Assembly: GCA_964016885.1 (NCBI GenBank)
Contig: OZ024745.1
Coordinates: forward strand, 80,786,001 to 80,850,000
Reading direction: 5' to 3'
From: Eledone cirrhosa
Lineage: Eukaryota
DNA: 64,000 nucleotides
The translations under genes and the position numbers were made by a program. Below are positions 1-12,303 of this stretch, piece by piece (the stretch's first letter is position 1; each line of letters starts with the position of its first letter). The notes under the pieces were generated by a model. That model worked only from the letters and a program-made list of their open reading frames with translations. It made no database searches and was not told where the DNA came from.

Positions 1-339
1 TCAAGATCCTAGCAAGATTAAAGATTCAATAACAGAAACCTTTAGCTGCTCTTTGTTTTTCACCTTTTTGAAAATCTTATTTATGCTTCTTTTGTCTCCC
101 TTTGTCCTTCTCTTTCTTTTTTTTTTTTTCACTCTCTGTCTATTTTGTTTTTGTAAAGGGTACTAGACACATCTCCTAGTCTGTCGTGGCTTACTAGCTC
201 TATAGAAACATCCCGTAACTCTTCATAGAGTCGTAGGGGCATTTTAAAGCCTGGCAGAGCCCACCCTTCTCCAGGTCTGAGCACTGCAGATTTAGAAGGA
301 TAGAAAGAGGGAGAAAGTGATAGAAAGATACACAGAGGA

Positions 340-432
340 AGGATCGACCCCAGTACAGGACTGGAATGGATGAAAGGCAAAGTTGACAGCAGAGAGCTGG
401 AACGCTTTATCCGATGTTCTAATTCGCCGCCT
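340..432 (-). mobile_element. Degenerate SINE fragment (family also at ~2465, ~8615/9035, ~30375)
   Basis: Reverse complement contains 'aactttgcctttcatcc...gtactggggtcgat', shared with the other copies. Confidence 0.55.
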
Positions 433-919
433 ATACGGACATATAAATTATTTGATTAAAAAAATATTATTAACTAATGAATTTGTCACAGTTTACATTG
501 AGTACATGGGTGAGTATTAATGACTAAAGTAAAAACAATCAAGATAAGTAAACAACCTGAGATACACTACCTTCATGGTCTAACGGAAAACTGCCTTTCT
601 CTGGAGGACGTACAGTCTGTCTTCCTACAAATGTCATAGTAGTAGACATGATTGAAAAGAAATGTTAACAGATGCAGGGACTTGAGAAATCTTTCTAATA
701 TTATCGACTTAACATGCTGTAAAGCGAGATTTGATTGGTTAGAAAGAATTACTTCCGACCAATGAAATATAATGACAAAATAATCGGTTCATTGAAAGTC
801 ATGCTGTTACAATATGGGAAAATATTTACAATGGCAGCACATATTATTTCTTCAGTACAGCGGTAATTATATTTCTTTATAAAACCACTGTAGAACCTAA
901 TATTGGGTGATAGTATATA

Positions 920-921
920 TA

Positions 922-956
<35 letters not shown>

Positions 957-1106
957 CTGTCTGTGTGTGTCTCTCTCTCTATATATATGTATATATATAT
1001 ATACAATATTAAATATATTGTAAATATACTCCAAATATTTGTCGAGTGCTTTTATATCAGTTATAAATATTTACTAGTTGTAACCCAACAATTTTAAATA
1101 TAACTT

Positions 1107-1144
<38 letters not shown>

Positions 1145-1294
1145 ACACATATATATTTGTCCAGAATTAGCCGTCGAAACGGCTTGAGCTCAGCCGTCGG
1201 GGTCTTACTGGTTCCTATTACCCACTCTACTACCCTAAGTATTGAGTACTTTGGTGCGTTATGGTCCACCTGGTTCCTTACCACATTTCCTTCG

Positions 1295-1334
<40 letters not shown>

Positions 1335-1481
1335 TTTCCACAAAACACTGAGCAAGTACTCTAAACCTGTATTCATGACACCTGCTAAACCAACCCGCGA
1401 CCCACCCTTCCAAACTCGGCAATATATATTGTACATGATCTTATCTATAAATTCACCTTTCTAAGAACTCGTATAATTATG

Positions 1482-1516
<35 letters not shown>

Positions 1517-1530
1517 ACACACATACACTC
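920..1530. repeat. (TA)n/(TC)n/(TG)n microsatellite cluster
   Basis: Direct reading. Confidence 0.9.
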
Positions 1531-1689
1531 TTGTGTTAAGCGTACTAGGATTTTTAGAAATGTTAAAATACTTATGCCACTTTTCATATTCCACCACTTT
1601 TAGTTTCGGTTTCAAATGCTGCCATTACTGACATTCAACTAATTCCTTCACAGTCAGAACGAACTCCGCATCTCCATTGCACTTCGAGT

Positions 1690-2234
1690 AGGAGCCGACG
1701 TCTGCGGGGGTCTGAGATGCTGTCGTGGTAGATCCCTCAAATCCACAGGTTTACATGGTTTGTCCTCCCACCTGAATGCTGGTCGTTTTGCCCGTCACAT
1801 CGAGTTAAACCTAATCATCAAATGGGCCCTGGTTCGGGTAAATACCCACAGTTCTGGAGCCGGCTGGTTTATTCAGAAGTGATGGAAAGAGACCAGGCGG
1901 TCTTACCCTTCTTCCATGGGTGAGAGGCAGTGACTCTTTTGCTCCCTCCCACATCGTGGACGCCGCGGTAAATGTGGAAGTCACTGCTTCCGTTGCCGAA
2001 CAGAATAAAATTCGGAAATACCTGGACTTATCAAATAATAATTTTTTCCAGCCTGTGGAGTTCGAGATGTTCGGTGGACCTCTGACAGGGAAGTTCTTGT
2101 CATCATTGGCGGATCACCTTACTGAGGTGTCACGTGATGCCTGTGAGGGTGCCTGGTTATTTCAGTGCCTTGGCCTCGCCATCACCCGTGGTAATGGTGT
2201 GAGAGTGTTGGCTTATCTCAAAGTGTGTAGTTAA
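1690..2234 (+). mobile_element. 3' fragment of CRE-like (restriction-like endonuclease) non-LTR retrotransposon
   Basis: Degenerate translation: GLHGLS..GRFARH, DGKRP.GLTLLPW, AEQNKIRKY..L, FQPVEFEMFG, WLFQCLGLAITRGN, matching the RLE C-terminus pattern. Confidence 0.7.
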
Positions 2235-2464
2235 CCTCTGGGGTGTGAGGTACGACCGATTGTCGTACTCGATGTTGAATTTCCCCCCCCCCCCCCATCA
2301 TTCATTTATCATTATTGTTCAAATTAATTATATTACTATATTTTCATACACCATGATAAAATTAACAATTCTTAGACAAGGATTTATTAGAAATATTAAG
2401 TTTCTGTTGAATAACTGGTACATTACGTGCAATCTACTGCTTTAACTTTTGTGGACAGACTTAA

Positions 2465-2640
2465 GATTTAGAAACGTTAGATACGTTGCCTATGCTTTGT
2501 AGCATAGAATTACGGCCCTTTATGATCTGAGTTCAAATCCCGCCGTGGTTAACTTTGCCTTCCATCCTTACGGGGTCGATAAAATAAAGTACCAGTAATG
2601 TACTGGGTAATTGCTGGCCTTGTGCCAAAAGTAGAAACAA
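2465..2640 (+). mobile_element. SINE copy
   Basis: B-box-like gagttcaaatcc followed by aactttgccttccatcc..ggggtcgataaaataaagtaccag. Confidence 0.7.
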
Positions 2641-2708
2641 TTAATTATTATTCTGTTCTATAAATATTTTTCTTGTTATTTTTTTTTCTGCTTCAGTCAA
2701 TAATTTAA

Positions 2709-2897
2709 ATGGAATCGCTTTGGACAATTTGGGAGACGGACTTTCATTCTGATAATTTTGTCAACCAACTCAATCCAGGAGATTCTCTTTACACTATTGA
2801 TGATCCAATTCCTACCAACTGTTCATTTGGACGAAAGAAACGACGTGAAGAGATGACCATTCCACAATTACCTAGATGTTTTATAAAACCTCCCAAA
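2709..2897 (+). CDS. Host gene A coding exon 1 (MESLWTIWETDF...CFIKPPK); uncharacterised 192-aa protein
   Basis: Acceptor ttttttctgcttcag ends 2696, ATG 2709, donor gtaagt at 2898, phase 0. Confidence 0.75.
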
Positions 2898-2899
2898 GT

Positions 2900-3130
2900 A
2901 AGTTGTACAGTTGCTATATAACCCTACATGTTACATTAAACCTAAAGTTATACAACCATTACATAACCCTACATGTTACATTAAACCTAAAATTGTACAG
3001 TTACTATATAACCCTACATGTTACGTTAAACCTCCTAAAGTTGTACAGTTACTATGTTACATAAAATATATATACAGTTGCTATGTTACATAAAAGCCCC
3101 TAAAGTTATACAGTCGCTATATAGCCCTAT
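2900..3130. repeat. Minisatellite, ~45-50 bp unit (gttgtacagttactatataaccctacatgttacattaaacctaaa)
   Basis: About five imperfect tandem copies in intron 1 of gene A. Confidence 0.85.
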
Positions 3131-3159
3131 ATGCCACACCCCTTAGACTACTACATGGC

Positions 3160-3610
3160 TGATGTACCTATTCAGTGCATATTATACATTTAATGGAATT
3201 TACTCCAATACTCTTCTTACACGCTACACACAACCATCTTTCCATATTACCATATGCTTTACCACCTGCCATCACCTTTGTGATATTCAGTCATACCATT
3301 TGACTCCATACATTATTTCCCCTTATTCAGCTTCTCAGTCAGTCCATCCCTACTCTCTAGCCTTATGTGCTCTTTCATACATTGTCATCACTACTCAAAC
3401 CAACCATTCTTCCACTCCCAATTCTCTCAATGCCTATGTCACAACTTCACATGGAACCCTATTGAAAGGTTTCTCCAAATCAACAAACCCCCCAAACAAA
3501 TTGTTCCTCTTGTCCTTGTACAACTGCCTCACAATAAAAATTGCATCAGTTGTTCCTCTCCTTGACACAAATTCCAAGGTACATTTTATCAATTTTCTTA
3601 TTTTTCTCCT
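3160..3610 (-). mobile_element. Old degenerate RTE fragment
   Basis: Reverse strand resembles RTE RT motifs (FVDLEK.F.RVP...ALRELGVEEW). Confidence 0.6.
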
Positions 3611-3804
3611 AGCTTCCTCTCACTCTTTCCAATTCTCTAATTGCTCTATATTAGTTGCAGTTTAGAGAGCATACATGGGCAACCTTTTTAGAGCAGTAAG
3701 CTGCTTGAGATATGGCTGATCATAAGAAAGCCAAACATACCATATGCAAATAATTTATTTATTTGTAACATTGATCAATATATTTTGTGTTTTTCATGTT
3801 CCAG

Positions 3805-3984
3805 AATAGTTCAGGTATAGGCCGAGGTCTGTCAAAGTCCTTAGTGACAGGAAACTCAGTACCAAAGCCCGGACAACTTCCATTCCAGCAATCACAAGTG
3901 GTATCAACAGAAGTTTTACATGAAAACAAAATAAGAATTCGCCCACCATCACATCATGCTAGCTCTGAGAAACCACAAAACTTT
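3805..3984 (+). CDS. Host gene A coding exon 2 (NSSGIGRG...SEKPQNF)
   Basis: Acceptor ttttcatgttccag, donor gtatgt, 180 nt, phase 0-0, open frame. Confidence 0.7.
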
Positions 3985-4684
3985 GTATGTTATTTCGTTT
4001 TTATATTTGTTTTGCAAGATTCTAGATGTGTCGAAACAGACATTGTTATACTTCGGGATGGTCATGCTGCCAATAAAAACACACACATCAGTTAAGTTTC
4101 ACTTCAGTTTATTATAAGTTAGATAACTTATCTATTCATTGGTTAGTTTAGTAATCAAATGGTTATTTAATTGTTACTTGTCAAGAAAACAAGATGGAAT
4201 AAATAAAATGAGATCAGAACACAGAGGAGCAAGAATAGTAATTGAGAAGGTTACAGGATATGTGACAAAAGCACTTTAACAATTAATAATTAAACAACCA
4301 CCTAGTTACTAAACTAACTGATGAATGGCTTAATTGATAAACTGAAATGAAACTCAACTGGTGTGTGTGTTTTTATTTGACCCTGTGAAAGTATAACAAT
4401 ATTTGTGTGTTGTCTTTATTTGAATGTTTTTAAAAATTTTATTTTTTATTTCATATTTGTTTTTAAATGAAATATTTTTTACACATCATGTATAGTAAAA
4501 GCACTGGTTGAATTACTAAGAGTAAGTTTTGTGAAAGTTAAACTATATCTTAGTAAGTTTATAACTCTAGAGAGAACATATTTGTTTATCGAACAAGGAG
4601 CTCATTCAGCTTTGTTTCACCTAGAACCAGACATTCTCTCAGTCACTGTTTATAATACTCAGTCTGAATTTATACATTAGACAT

Positions 4685-5745
4685 TATCATCATCATCTTT
4701 ACATCCATTTTTCCACACTTGCATGGGGTGGACAGGTCTTTTTTTAGTACAGCATCTCTCCACTTGTCACGTTCTTTCGTAATCTCCTCTGTGAGTCTCA
4801 GCAATTTATATCAGCTCTCTCTAACTCCGCCCAGGTCTTCCTTGGACTACCTCTACTGCTGCCTCCTTCTACTGGGATTTCCTGGCACTTCTTAACCCAG
4901 CAATTATCATCTATGTGATTCATATATCTGTACCAATGCAGTCTCTTGCACACCACTTCCTATTCTTCTTCCAGGCTCTGCCTTTCTCTCACATTTACAT
5001 TGCACATTCAATGAAGCATGGTTGCTTCTCCAGCCTTTGCAGTCACTCCCCATGTTATGCTACCATACAGCATTGTCGTCCTTTTGTTGCTAACAGTGGG
5101 AATAACTCTCTAAACTTCTATCATCCCAACCTTATTGTAGCTATTATGCTCTTGGAGCACCTACCTCCACTGCAAATTAGGTCACCTAGATAACAGAAGC
5201 TATGAACCACTTCTATAGATCCTTCACATGATTGGAAAAGGTTTATATCACTGACACTCTTCCCATTTATTACCTGTGTGCATCTTTTACATACAAAGTC
5301 TTCCCTTTCTGTTAGTCTACCCACTACATCTCTTGTGTACGTCATATAGAGTATATGCTTACTCCTTTTCTACATGTTAAGTAGGGCCACATCCCTGAAA
5401 GAATCAGCGTCCTATCTTCTTTCCTACTTACTAGCACTTTAGTTTTGGCTAAGTTTACTCTCAGCCCTTTTGATCCCAAATCTAGTTTTTAATGGCTTCA
5501 GCTATAATGACCAGGTCATCTGCATAGAGAAGTTCCCATGGACTGCTAGTTTTAAACTCTGTTATGGTCTGGAGAACTATGAAAAATAGCAGTGGGCTGA
5601 GAACTGAACCCTGAAAAACTCCTATGCCTTATTTCCTTAAGGACCACCAGATAACAGAATGAGATACTGTCAAAGCTAGACATAGTGGCTTATTCTTGGC
5701 TATGAACTTCTCTTGTCGTTGTCTCACTAAGAAGAGGACATCTGT
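4685..5745 (-). mobile_element. Degenerate 5'-truncated RTE LINE
   Basis: (CAT)n tail end; ORF 5121..5345 has FCYLGD..GG.CS; RT remnants. Confidence 0.8.
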
Positions 5746-6189
5746 AAAATAAATCATTTACAGGATGAAGATTTAGCAAAGCATGTCCAAGAAATTATAT
5801 AGTGCACTGTGAATTTTATATAACATTGGTGTGATTAATGTGATTGATATATAGAATAAACTTCATTCTTACAAAATGATATTGGTTCAACAATTAACTG
5901 AGACAGATCATGCCAACCACTGTAAATCGATGCAATTCCACCTGTAAATTGACACAATTCCACCTGAGATAACCCATCAATGTATTGCAAACAATGGCAT
6001 TAAAAGAAAATTATTTTTTCTGTACTTTTTAGAAATATAATCAGTTTTTTTTTCTAGATAGTTGTTCTTTTTTTTATATCTCTTCAAAATAGGTAGATCT
6101 TTATGCCCCACCCTTTATAATCTATTAATACAATTTATTGTAATTTTTTTTGTCAGTCTCTTTTGGAATACCAAAACTATTCTCATTCT

Positions 6190-6685
6190 TCATCATCATC
6201 ATTTTACATCCACTAGTGCTATTATAAAATACATCCAGTACACCCTGTAAGGTGGTAGTGCCATAAAAAACACACCACTACACTCTGTAAAGTGGTAGTG
6301 CCATGAAAAAAATAACCCTGTACATTACAAGGGGCATCCAGCCATAGTAACCATGGCAAATATGGAATGTAATGAGCAAGATGGGTCGATCTAACTCGTC
6401 TGGTCTCAGATTGTGACAACCTGTCCAACCCATGTCAGTGTGGAAAGTAGATGTAAAATGGTGATGATGCTTTGTGTACCACATGGCAAAGGACAATGAC
6501 ATGTGGTAAGATGCTGTGAGATCTCCCCAACCCAGCCAGCTTCAAAAGGAGACAAAAATAATGCTGATGATTTCTATGCTGGCATGGGTTGGACAGTTTG
6601 TCAAGGATATTTCAAGACCAGGCGGGTTGGAATGATCTCATCATACATTCCATATTTGGCATGGTTTCTACAGCTACATGCACTC
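6190..6685. mobile_element. RTE/SINE 3'-tail fragments in both orientations
   Basis: gggcatccagcc..., ggaaagtagatgtaaaatggtgatgatg motifs. Confidence 0.6.
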
Positions 6686-6690
6686 CTTAA

Positions 6691-6900
6691 TCCTTTAGCA
6701 TCTACATTACTCTATATTTACTATTTATTTTCATGATAAACACTTTATCTTACATAATTATCTTACATAATATCGAATCTATGAGATTTTGATATTATAT
6801 ATTTTGAGATCAATACTTTAACATCAGTATGAGTGGCCGTTTTGAGCAGAAAGAGGTGAAAGAATTCTGGCCAGATATGGCCGGTTTAAATGCTAAAGGG
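6691..6900. mobile_element. piggyBac-type MITE
   Basis: TTAA on both sides; terminal inverted (c/t)cctttagca...tgctaaaggg; same family as 30686-30904. Confidence 0.8.
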
Positions 6901-7197
6901 TTAATGCCAAGGACTTTATAGAGTATAGTGGATGCATTTTATTGTAACACCAGCACTACCACCTTACAGTGTATTCACTGAATTAAATAAGGAACTGGTA
7001 TTTAGTTATTTTTTTCGTACTGTAAGAAAAACAAAAAGTCTACTTCCTAAATTTCCTGTCATGTAACAATAAATAATTAAATTGTTAATACAGTTAAAGT
7101 TGAAGAGTTCAAGCTAGCAGTGTTTCAGTTATCTATTTTATTGTGTTTTGTAATGATCAAATGCAAAATTTCGTAATTATTTATTTTCTCATTTCAG

Positions 7198-7407
7198 AAA
7201 AGTCACGAGACAAAGGAATCAATAATTTTTGATCAGAATTCAATTCACAGTTTAAATTTTACCCTTGTTAACAAACCTGATGTTAAAAAGGAATCAGACA
7301 ATATAAATATTCATAATGATAATGACTTTCCAGAATTAATTTGCAGTAAAAGTTTTGATAATATAAACTCAAAAAAATTCAAGAAATTTCGAAACAGTAA
7401 AAAATAA
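7198..7407 (+). CDS. Host gene A terminal coding exon (KSHETK...DNDFPEL...RNSKK*)
   Basis: Acceptor ttattttctcatttcag, 69 open codons in phase 0, TAA TGA, AATAAA at ~7513. Confidence 0.65.
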   Translation, partial: KSHETKESIIFDQNSIHSLNFTLVNKPDVKKESDNINIHNDNDFPELICSKSFDNINSKKFKKFRNSKK

Positions 7408-8694
7408 TGATTTTAATTTCTAACCTGTTTCAATAATTTATTTTGTCATATTAAATACATTTCAGTGTATTTTTGTCTTTCTCAAGTTTCATGTACATGT
7501 GTTTATTCTATCAATAAAATTGAGGAATGTTTTAATCTTTTGAAGTGTATATACATTTTAGTTGTATATATATCTTTATCTTTGAGGTATATACACATCT
7601 TAATAATACGTTATTGGAAGAAACTTAATATTATGTTTGATTCCACTTCACTATACTTTGAGCAAGTGTCTTTTACTGAATCCATAGTTTGTACCATACA
7701 AAGAATATTTGGTAGATGAAAACTTTATAGGTTGGATGGGTCTTTTCCAGCTCAGCTTACCTCCATCTACTGCATATATTTAAAAAAAGGGTTGAAAGGA
7801 CTCTTCAGTTGTAACAAGTGTAGTGCAACCTCTCTAGTGTTGGTGCTACAGTAAAACACACTTGGTGTATTGTGGAATGGTTGGTGATATGAAGGGCATC
7901 CAGCCGTAGAAGACTTGTCAAACAAAGAGTCAAGAGGACACTAGTTGTATCAACCTCATTAGTACTCGTGCACCCAATATGTTCTGTCAAGTATGAGAAT
8001 ATATGTAAACAAGATGCTTCCCCTCGTGGCCTATCTGGTTGGCTAAATGACGTAAGGAGGAGGTGAACAAATTTCTGTCTTTAGAATCCAATGTCCATGA
8101 CCATAGCAAACCACCTAGTTGAGGATATCATGTGTTGTGAAGCCTGATAAGGGATGGGCTCTGCCTAAAATACACTGCATGCACAGCATTCTCACAACTC
8201 AGAAGGCCAAATGAAGTGAATTTAAAAACTCTGATTAAACATTTTGGGTAAAATTTTATTTTTCCTAAATACAATATCAGAATTAGACTAATAGATCAGG
8301 AAATGAAACTTAGTCTGAGAAAACCAGTGATGGTCTGTATCAGCAAAATAAAAATTACAGTTTTATATATTATATCTGGAACTAACAATCTGAAAGAACA
8401 AAATATAGGTTGTTTAAAAACATATTAAAGAAATTATAAAAAACAAAACAAAAAAAAAACTCATGGTACAGCTCTGTGGATTACAATATTGAGAGCTAAG
8501 TGTCTGGAAATGAGACACAGCTTTTCAGAAATTGAGCATTATAAGATTCTTTGTTATTCATATGAAATGAACCATATAGTCTCATGTGTAATTTACACTT
8601 GTAAATAAATGACAGGTGATGAATTGCAGAGTTGTTAGAACGTCAGATAGAATGCTTTGTGGTATTCATTCTGATTGTGGTGTTCATTCTGAAT

Positions 8695-9030
8695 GGAGGC
8701 ACATGGCTTAGTGGTTAGAGCATTGGCTTTGCAATCGAAAGGTTGTGAGTTCAATTCTCAGACCGGGTGATGTGTTGTTTCCTTGAGCAAGACACTTTAT
8801 TTCACATTGCTCCAGTTTACTCACCTGTAGAAATGAGATGATAGGGACTGGGGTCCCTATCATTCCACTGCAAAGTGGTCGTGGAGATGCCACGGCAAAC
8901 AAGCACCCAGCACTCACTGTAAATGAGGTTGGTGTTAGGAAGGGCATCCAGCTGTAGAAATCAAGCCAGAATCAGTTCCCGTCCCACCCTTGCAAGCAGG
9001 GAAAAGCGGACATAAAATGATATGAAATGA
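8695..9030 (+). mobile_element. tRNA-derived SINE with CORE/Meta-like body and RTE-derived 3' tail, nested in an older SINE (~8615-9115)
   Basis: A box tggcttagtgg, B box gagttcaattc, ccttgagcaagacact core, tail shared with RTE 3' UTR. Confidence 0.85.
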
Positions 9031-9219
9031 AATTCTCTGCTCTTTGAGTTCAACTTTGCCTTTCAACTTTTTGAGGTCGATAAAAAAAGTACTAGTCTAG
9101 TACTGGGATCAATTCTTCCTCTATATATCTTGCTTACTTCTTTTCTCTCACTCTCTATCCTTCTCTGGAAGAAATCTGTTGTATTCAGGCCTGGAAAGGA
9201 GATGTGTTCCACCAGGTTT

Positions 9220-9370
9220 TTAAAATGCTCAAGAAATACTGTATCACTAAGGTGCCCTCGCGAGCTGGAATGGCTCTTCCAGCACGTCCCCCTCACCATC
9301 CTCCGGGGAAACGCCTTTTCTATTCTGTCTGCCAGGGCCACTGGGCAGCCAGCACGTGAGCCCTCATAAT
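9220..9370 (+). mobile_element. Second CRE-like C-terminal fragment
   Basis: PRELEWLFQHVPLTILRGNAFSILSA resembles EGAWLFQCLGLAITRGNGVRVLA at ~2150. Confidence 0.5.
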
Positions 9371-9682
9371 AGTGAGCGATAGGGAGAACAGGAGAGACGG
9401 AGGCAGTGACAGTGGGAGTTTGGTTCCTTTGTGTTCGGACTTGCTGTATATGTATTTGTTTCACAGAATTGTAATGGTTATTTAAAATATTTTATGTTTG
9501 AAATCTTTTAATCATCATTTACCATGTAAGGACATGGTATTTGACACAAAATGTAAAGTTATTGCATAACATTAAATTTAGAACTACATAAGCAGAGGTC
9601 AACTGCATGTTAAAATAATCATTCGTTTGTCATACACTTGCATGGGATAAGGTGTGACTTATTCACAAAGTTATATGGCAAA

Positions 9683-9947
9683 TCATCATCATCATCATCA
9701 TCATTTTACGTCCGCTTTTCCCTGCTTGCAAGGGTGGGATGGAAACTGATTCTGGCTTGATTTCTACAGCTGGATGCCCTTCCTAACACCAACCTCATTT
9801 ACAGTGAGTGCTGGGTGCTTTTTTGCCATGGCACCTCCACGTCCACTTTGCAGTGGAATGATAGGGACCCCAGTCCCTATCATCTCATTTCTACAGCTGA
9901 GTAAACTGGAGCAATGTGAAATAAAGTGTCTTGTTCAAGGAAACAAC
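9683..9947 (-). mobile_element. 5'-truncated copy of RTE-tailed SINE
   Basis: Near-identical reverse complement of 8770-9020. Confidence 0.85.
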
Positions 9948-10014
9948 ATGTATACATATTATTTAGTCACTAGAGTTATTGTGCTTTACAAAGGGTGATA
10001 AATTCTCTACTTAC

Positions 10015-10140
10015 CAGATACTTTAATTGTTACAGCGAAATGGTCTCTCTTTACACATTTACGTACTGTACATTTTCCATGTAAAGTATCCTCCCATGTT
10101 TCACCATATTTATGGCATTTATGATCATGTCCTTCACATT
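10015..10140 (-). CDS. Host gene B exon, Cys module 3 (QCEGHDHKCHKYGETWEDTLHGKCTVRKCVKRDHFAVTIKVS)
   Basis: Acceptor cttcttcag, donor gtaagt, 126 nt, phase 1-1; Cys/Trp pattern like the other two modules. Confidence 0.8.
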
Positions 10141-10656
10141 CTGAAGAAGATTAAAAGGAGTTTTATTCTCTCCTTTCTCTCATATAAATTGAGAATGATA
10201 CATTCTAACAAACTTTTTTAATTAATAAAGAAAATGACTGAGTAATAATACTCGGGGATCCCTGCTACATACATACTCACAAACCCCAACAAAAAAGAAA
10301 AAATGGTACAGTAGGCAGTCACATAATACTAAATAAAATGACACTCGTAGGAATTGTGATGTTTATACCATTGTAGAATTAATACAATAATGAACCAGTA
10401 GATAACTATCTACTGGTTCATTATTGTATCAAAGCTAGTTGATAAAGAAGCATTAACCACATAATAATTTGTTAAAAGATGTGTCTTGTAATATCTGTTC
10501 TGACCATAAGCCAGAGGTTTCAACACATGGTACACGGCCCACAAACTACTATTCTATGGCCCACGGCAGAAAAATGTTTGTGACTACAATTTTTCTAAAA
10601 CTGCTAACCTGGTGGATATATTAAAAAATAAATTAATATAGGTAGTTATATAGATA

Positions 10657-12155
10657 TATTTCTTTATTTGCCACAAGGGTGCACAAGAAAAGGGGACAAT
10701 GCAAAGACACATGCCGGGGATTTTACATACGGTCGTGTAAAAATATTAAAACAAACAAATTTAACAATCGAAATCCCCAATAGGGATGAAGCATTACAAA
10801 TGGGTTGTTTAATACCCCCGTCGATAGAACATCCCTCAATTCCAGGAGCATGTTGTGCAAGTGCTCTCTTCTTCAACCTACAGGTCTATATACAGAGAAC
10901 GCCCAATCACTTGAGCCATTTTTGCTACATTCACCCACCTTTCAGTAAATTTACTGGGGTGCAGTGCCTCTCTCTCCACTCTGATTCTCCTTCTAAAGTG
11001 GTACCTAAAGAAGGGAATGAGTTGTTGTCCGGAGAGAAAGGCATCTGTCCTCAGTCCGCTCAATCTCGTCCACCATATAACCTCTTTCACCATAGTCACT
11101 ATACAGAGGAAAACCGCCTCTCTTTCGTTTTTGAAAGAAGTTGGCGGTTTGATCCTTACTATGGACTCGGCAGTCAACTGGATTTGTCCAATACACGACA
11201 GCAGTTGTTCTGCATAGTTCCACAGGTCGGTTACGCCTGGGCTGTGTACAATTGCGTGCAGGACAGTTTCAATGTCCTGCTCACATCTTGGACACGTCCT
11301 CTTGGAAGGATCCGTGCCTGTAGATCTTGTCTCGAACTGGTAGAGTTCCTCGGTAGCACTGCCAGGCCAGGGACCTTTGGAAGTTGTCCATAGGTCCCGG
11401 GCGGAAAGTTCTACCGAACAGACTGGTGAGCTCGTCGTCTTTGATGCCCAGAGTCTTTCCGAGCACATCGTCACACTTGTGACATACTAACCCTCTATAG
11501 AATGTCGAAGTGGAGTCTCCACTGATTGCTGTGCTCGCTTGACAGAGGACTGTGAGCACGTGAGCGCATTCAAGTGCCAGGCGCCCATTTTCTTCGGTTT
11601 CTGCTTGACCCAGGACTGCAGCTCCGTCAGCGAGACAAGTTGCGGGAAGGCCTGTCTCACAAACGGGGCCCACACCGGTTGTTCGGTGAGGAGTACCTGG
11701 AGATGCCGTAGCCTCAGCGCGTGTTTGCACATCATCAGCCTTGGCATTCCCAGCCCTCCATTGGAAGGGTGCTGACAGCAGACGGATATCCTCACCAGTG
11801 GAGCCTGCTTCTTCCAAAGGAACTGGAAAAGCATGCGTTCCATCTTGGTGAGGTATTCACGGGGACAAGGCTTGACGGTCAAGCGGTAGTAGATGACGGA
11901 CGCTATGAAAGTGTTCGCCACCTCCGTTCGACCTTTCAAGGATAGTTTGCACTCTGCCCACTTCTGGGTGAGCGCAAATACCTTGGCCGTGACCTTGTTC
12001 CAGTTTTTCTCCAGTCCTTCCGTCCAGCGTCCAACGACGCTGTCGGACGGCTTCGGTTTGCCTCTCCACGTTCCGAGTTGCAAACCGACAGACTTGTCCA
12101 GGTTCAGTTTTGCTCCTGTGAGCCTTTCGTATTCCTGCAGTAAATTGCTGATCAA
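10657..12155 (-). mobile_element. 5'-truncated L1/Tx1-type LINE
   Basis: ORFs 11487..12155 and 10878..11474 match the ORF2 C-terminus at 35000-36300; 11-bp TSD TTATATAGATA. Confidence 0.9.
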
Positions 12156-12159
12156 TTAT

Positions 12160-12285
12160 ATAGATAGCTACATGGACAGTTGTATAAATAGCTACATGTG
12201 TAGTTCTATAAATAGCTACATGGGTAGTTGTATAGATAGCCATATGGGCAGTTCTATAAATATGATAGCTACATGGAGAGTTGTA
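12160..12285. repeat. 24-bp minisatellite (atagatagctacatggacagttgt)
   Basis: About five tandem copies. Confidence 0.85.
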
Positions 12286-12303
12286 ATACTGATTCTTGGT
12301 TAA

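Noticed and set aside
725-870. Possible promoter of gene A (two CCAAT boxes, ACTTCCG)
   Set aside because: Short motifs alone are insufficient without transcript data.
2900-3130. CRISPR-like spaced repeats (also 12160-12285, 16895-17140)
   Set aside because: Tandem units without unique spacers, eukaryotic context, no cas genes.
8695-8770. tRNA gene (GCA anticodon-like)
   Set aside because: No proper acceptor stem; continues into SINE body present in three copies.
10510-10585. hAT-like terminal (cagaggtttcaac..cggcccac)
   Set aside because: No matching second terminus or 8-bp TSD found.
10668-11393. 241-aa plus-strand ORF and other antisense ORFs over LINEs
   Set aside because: Shadow frames opposite retroelement coding sequence.
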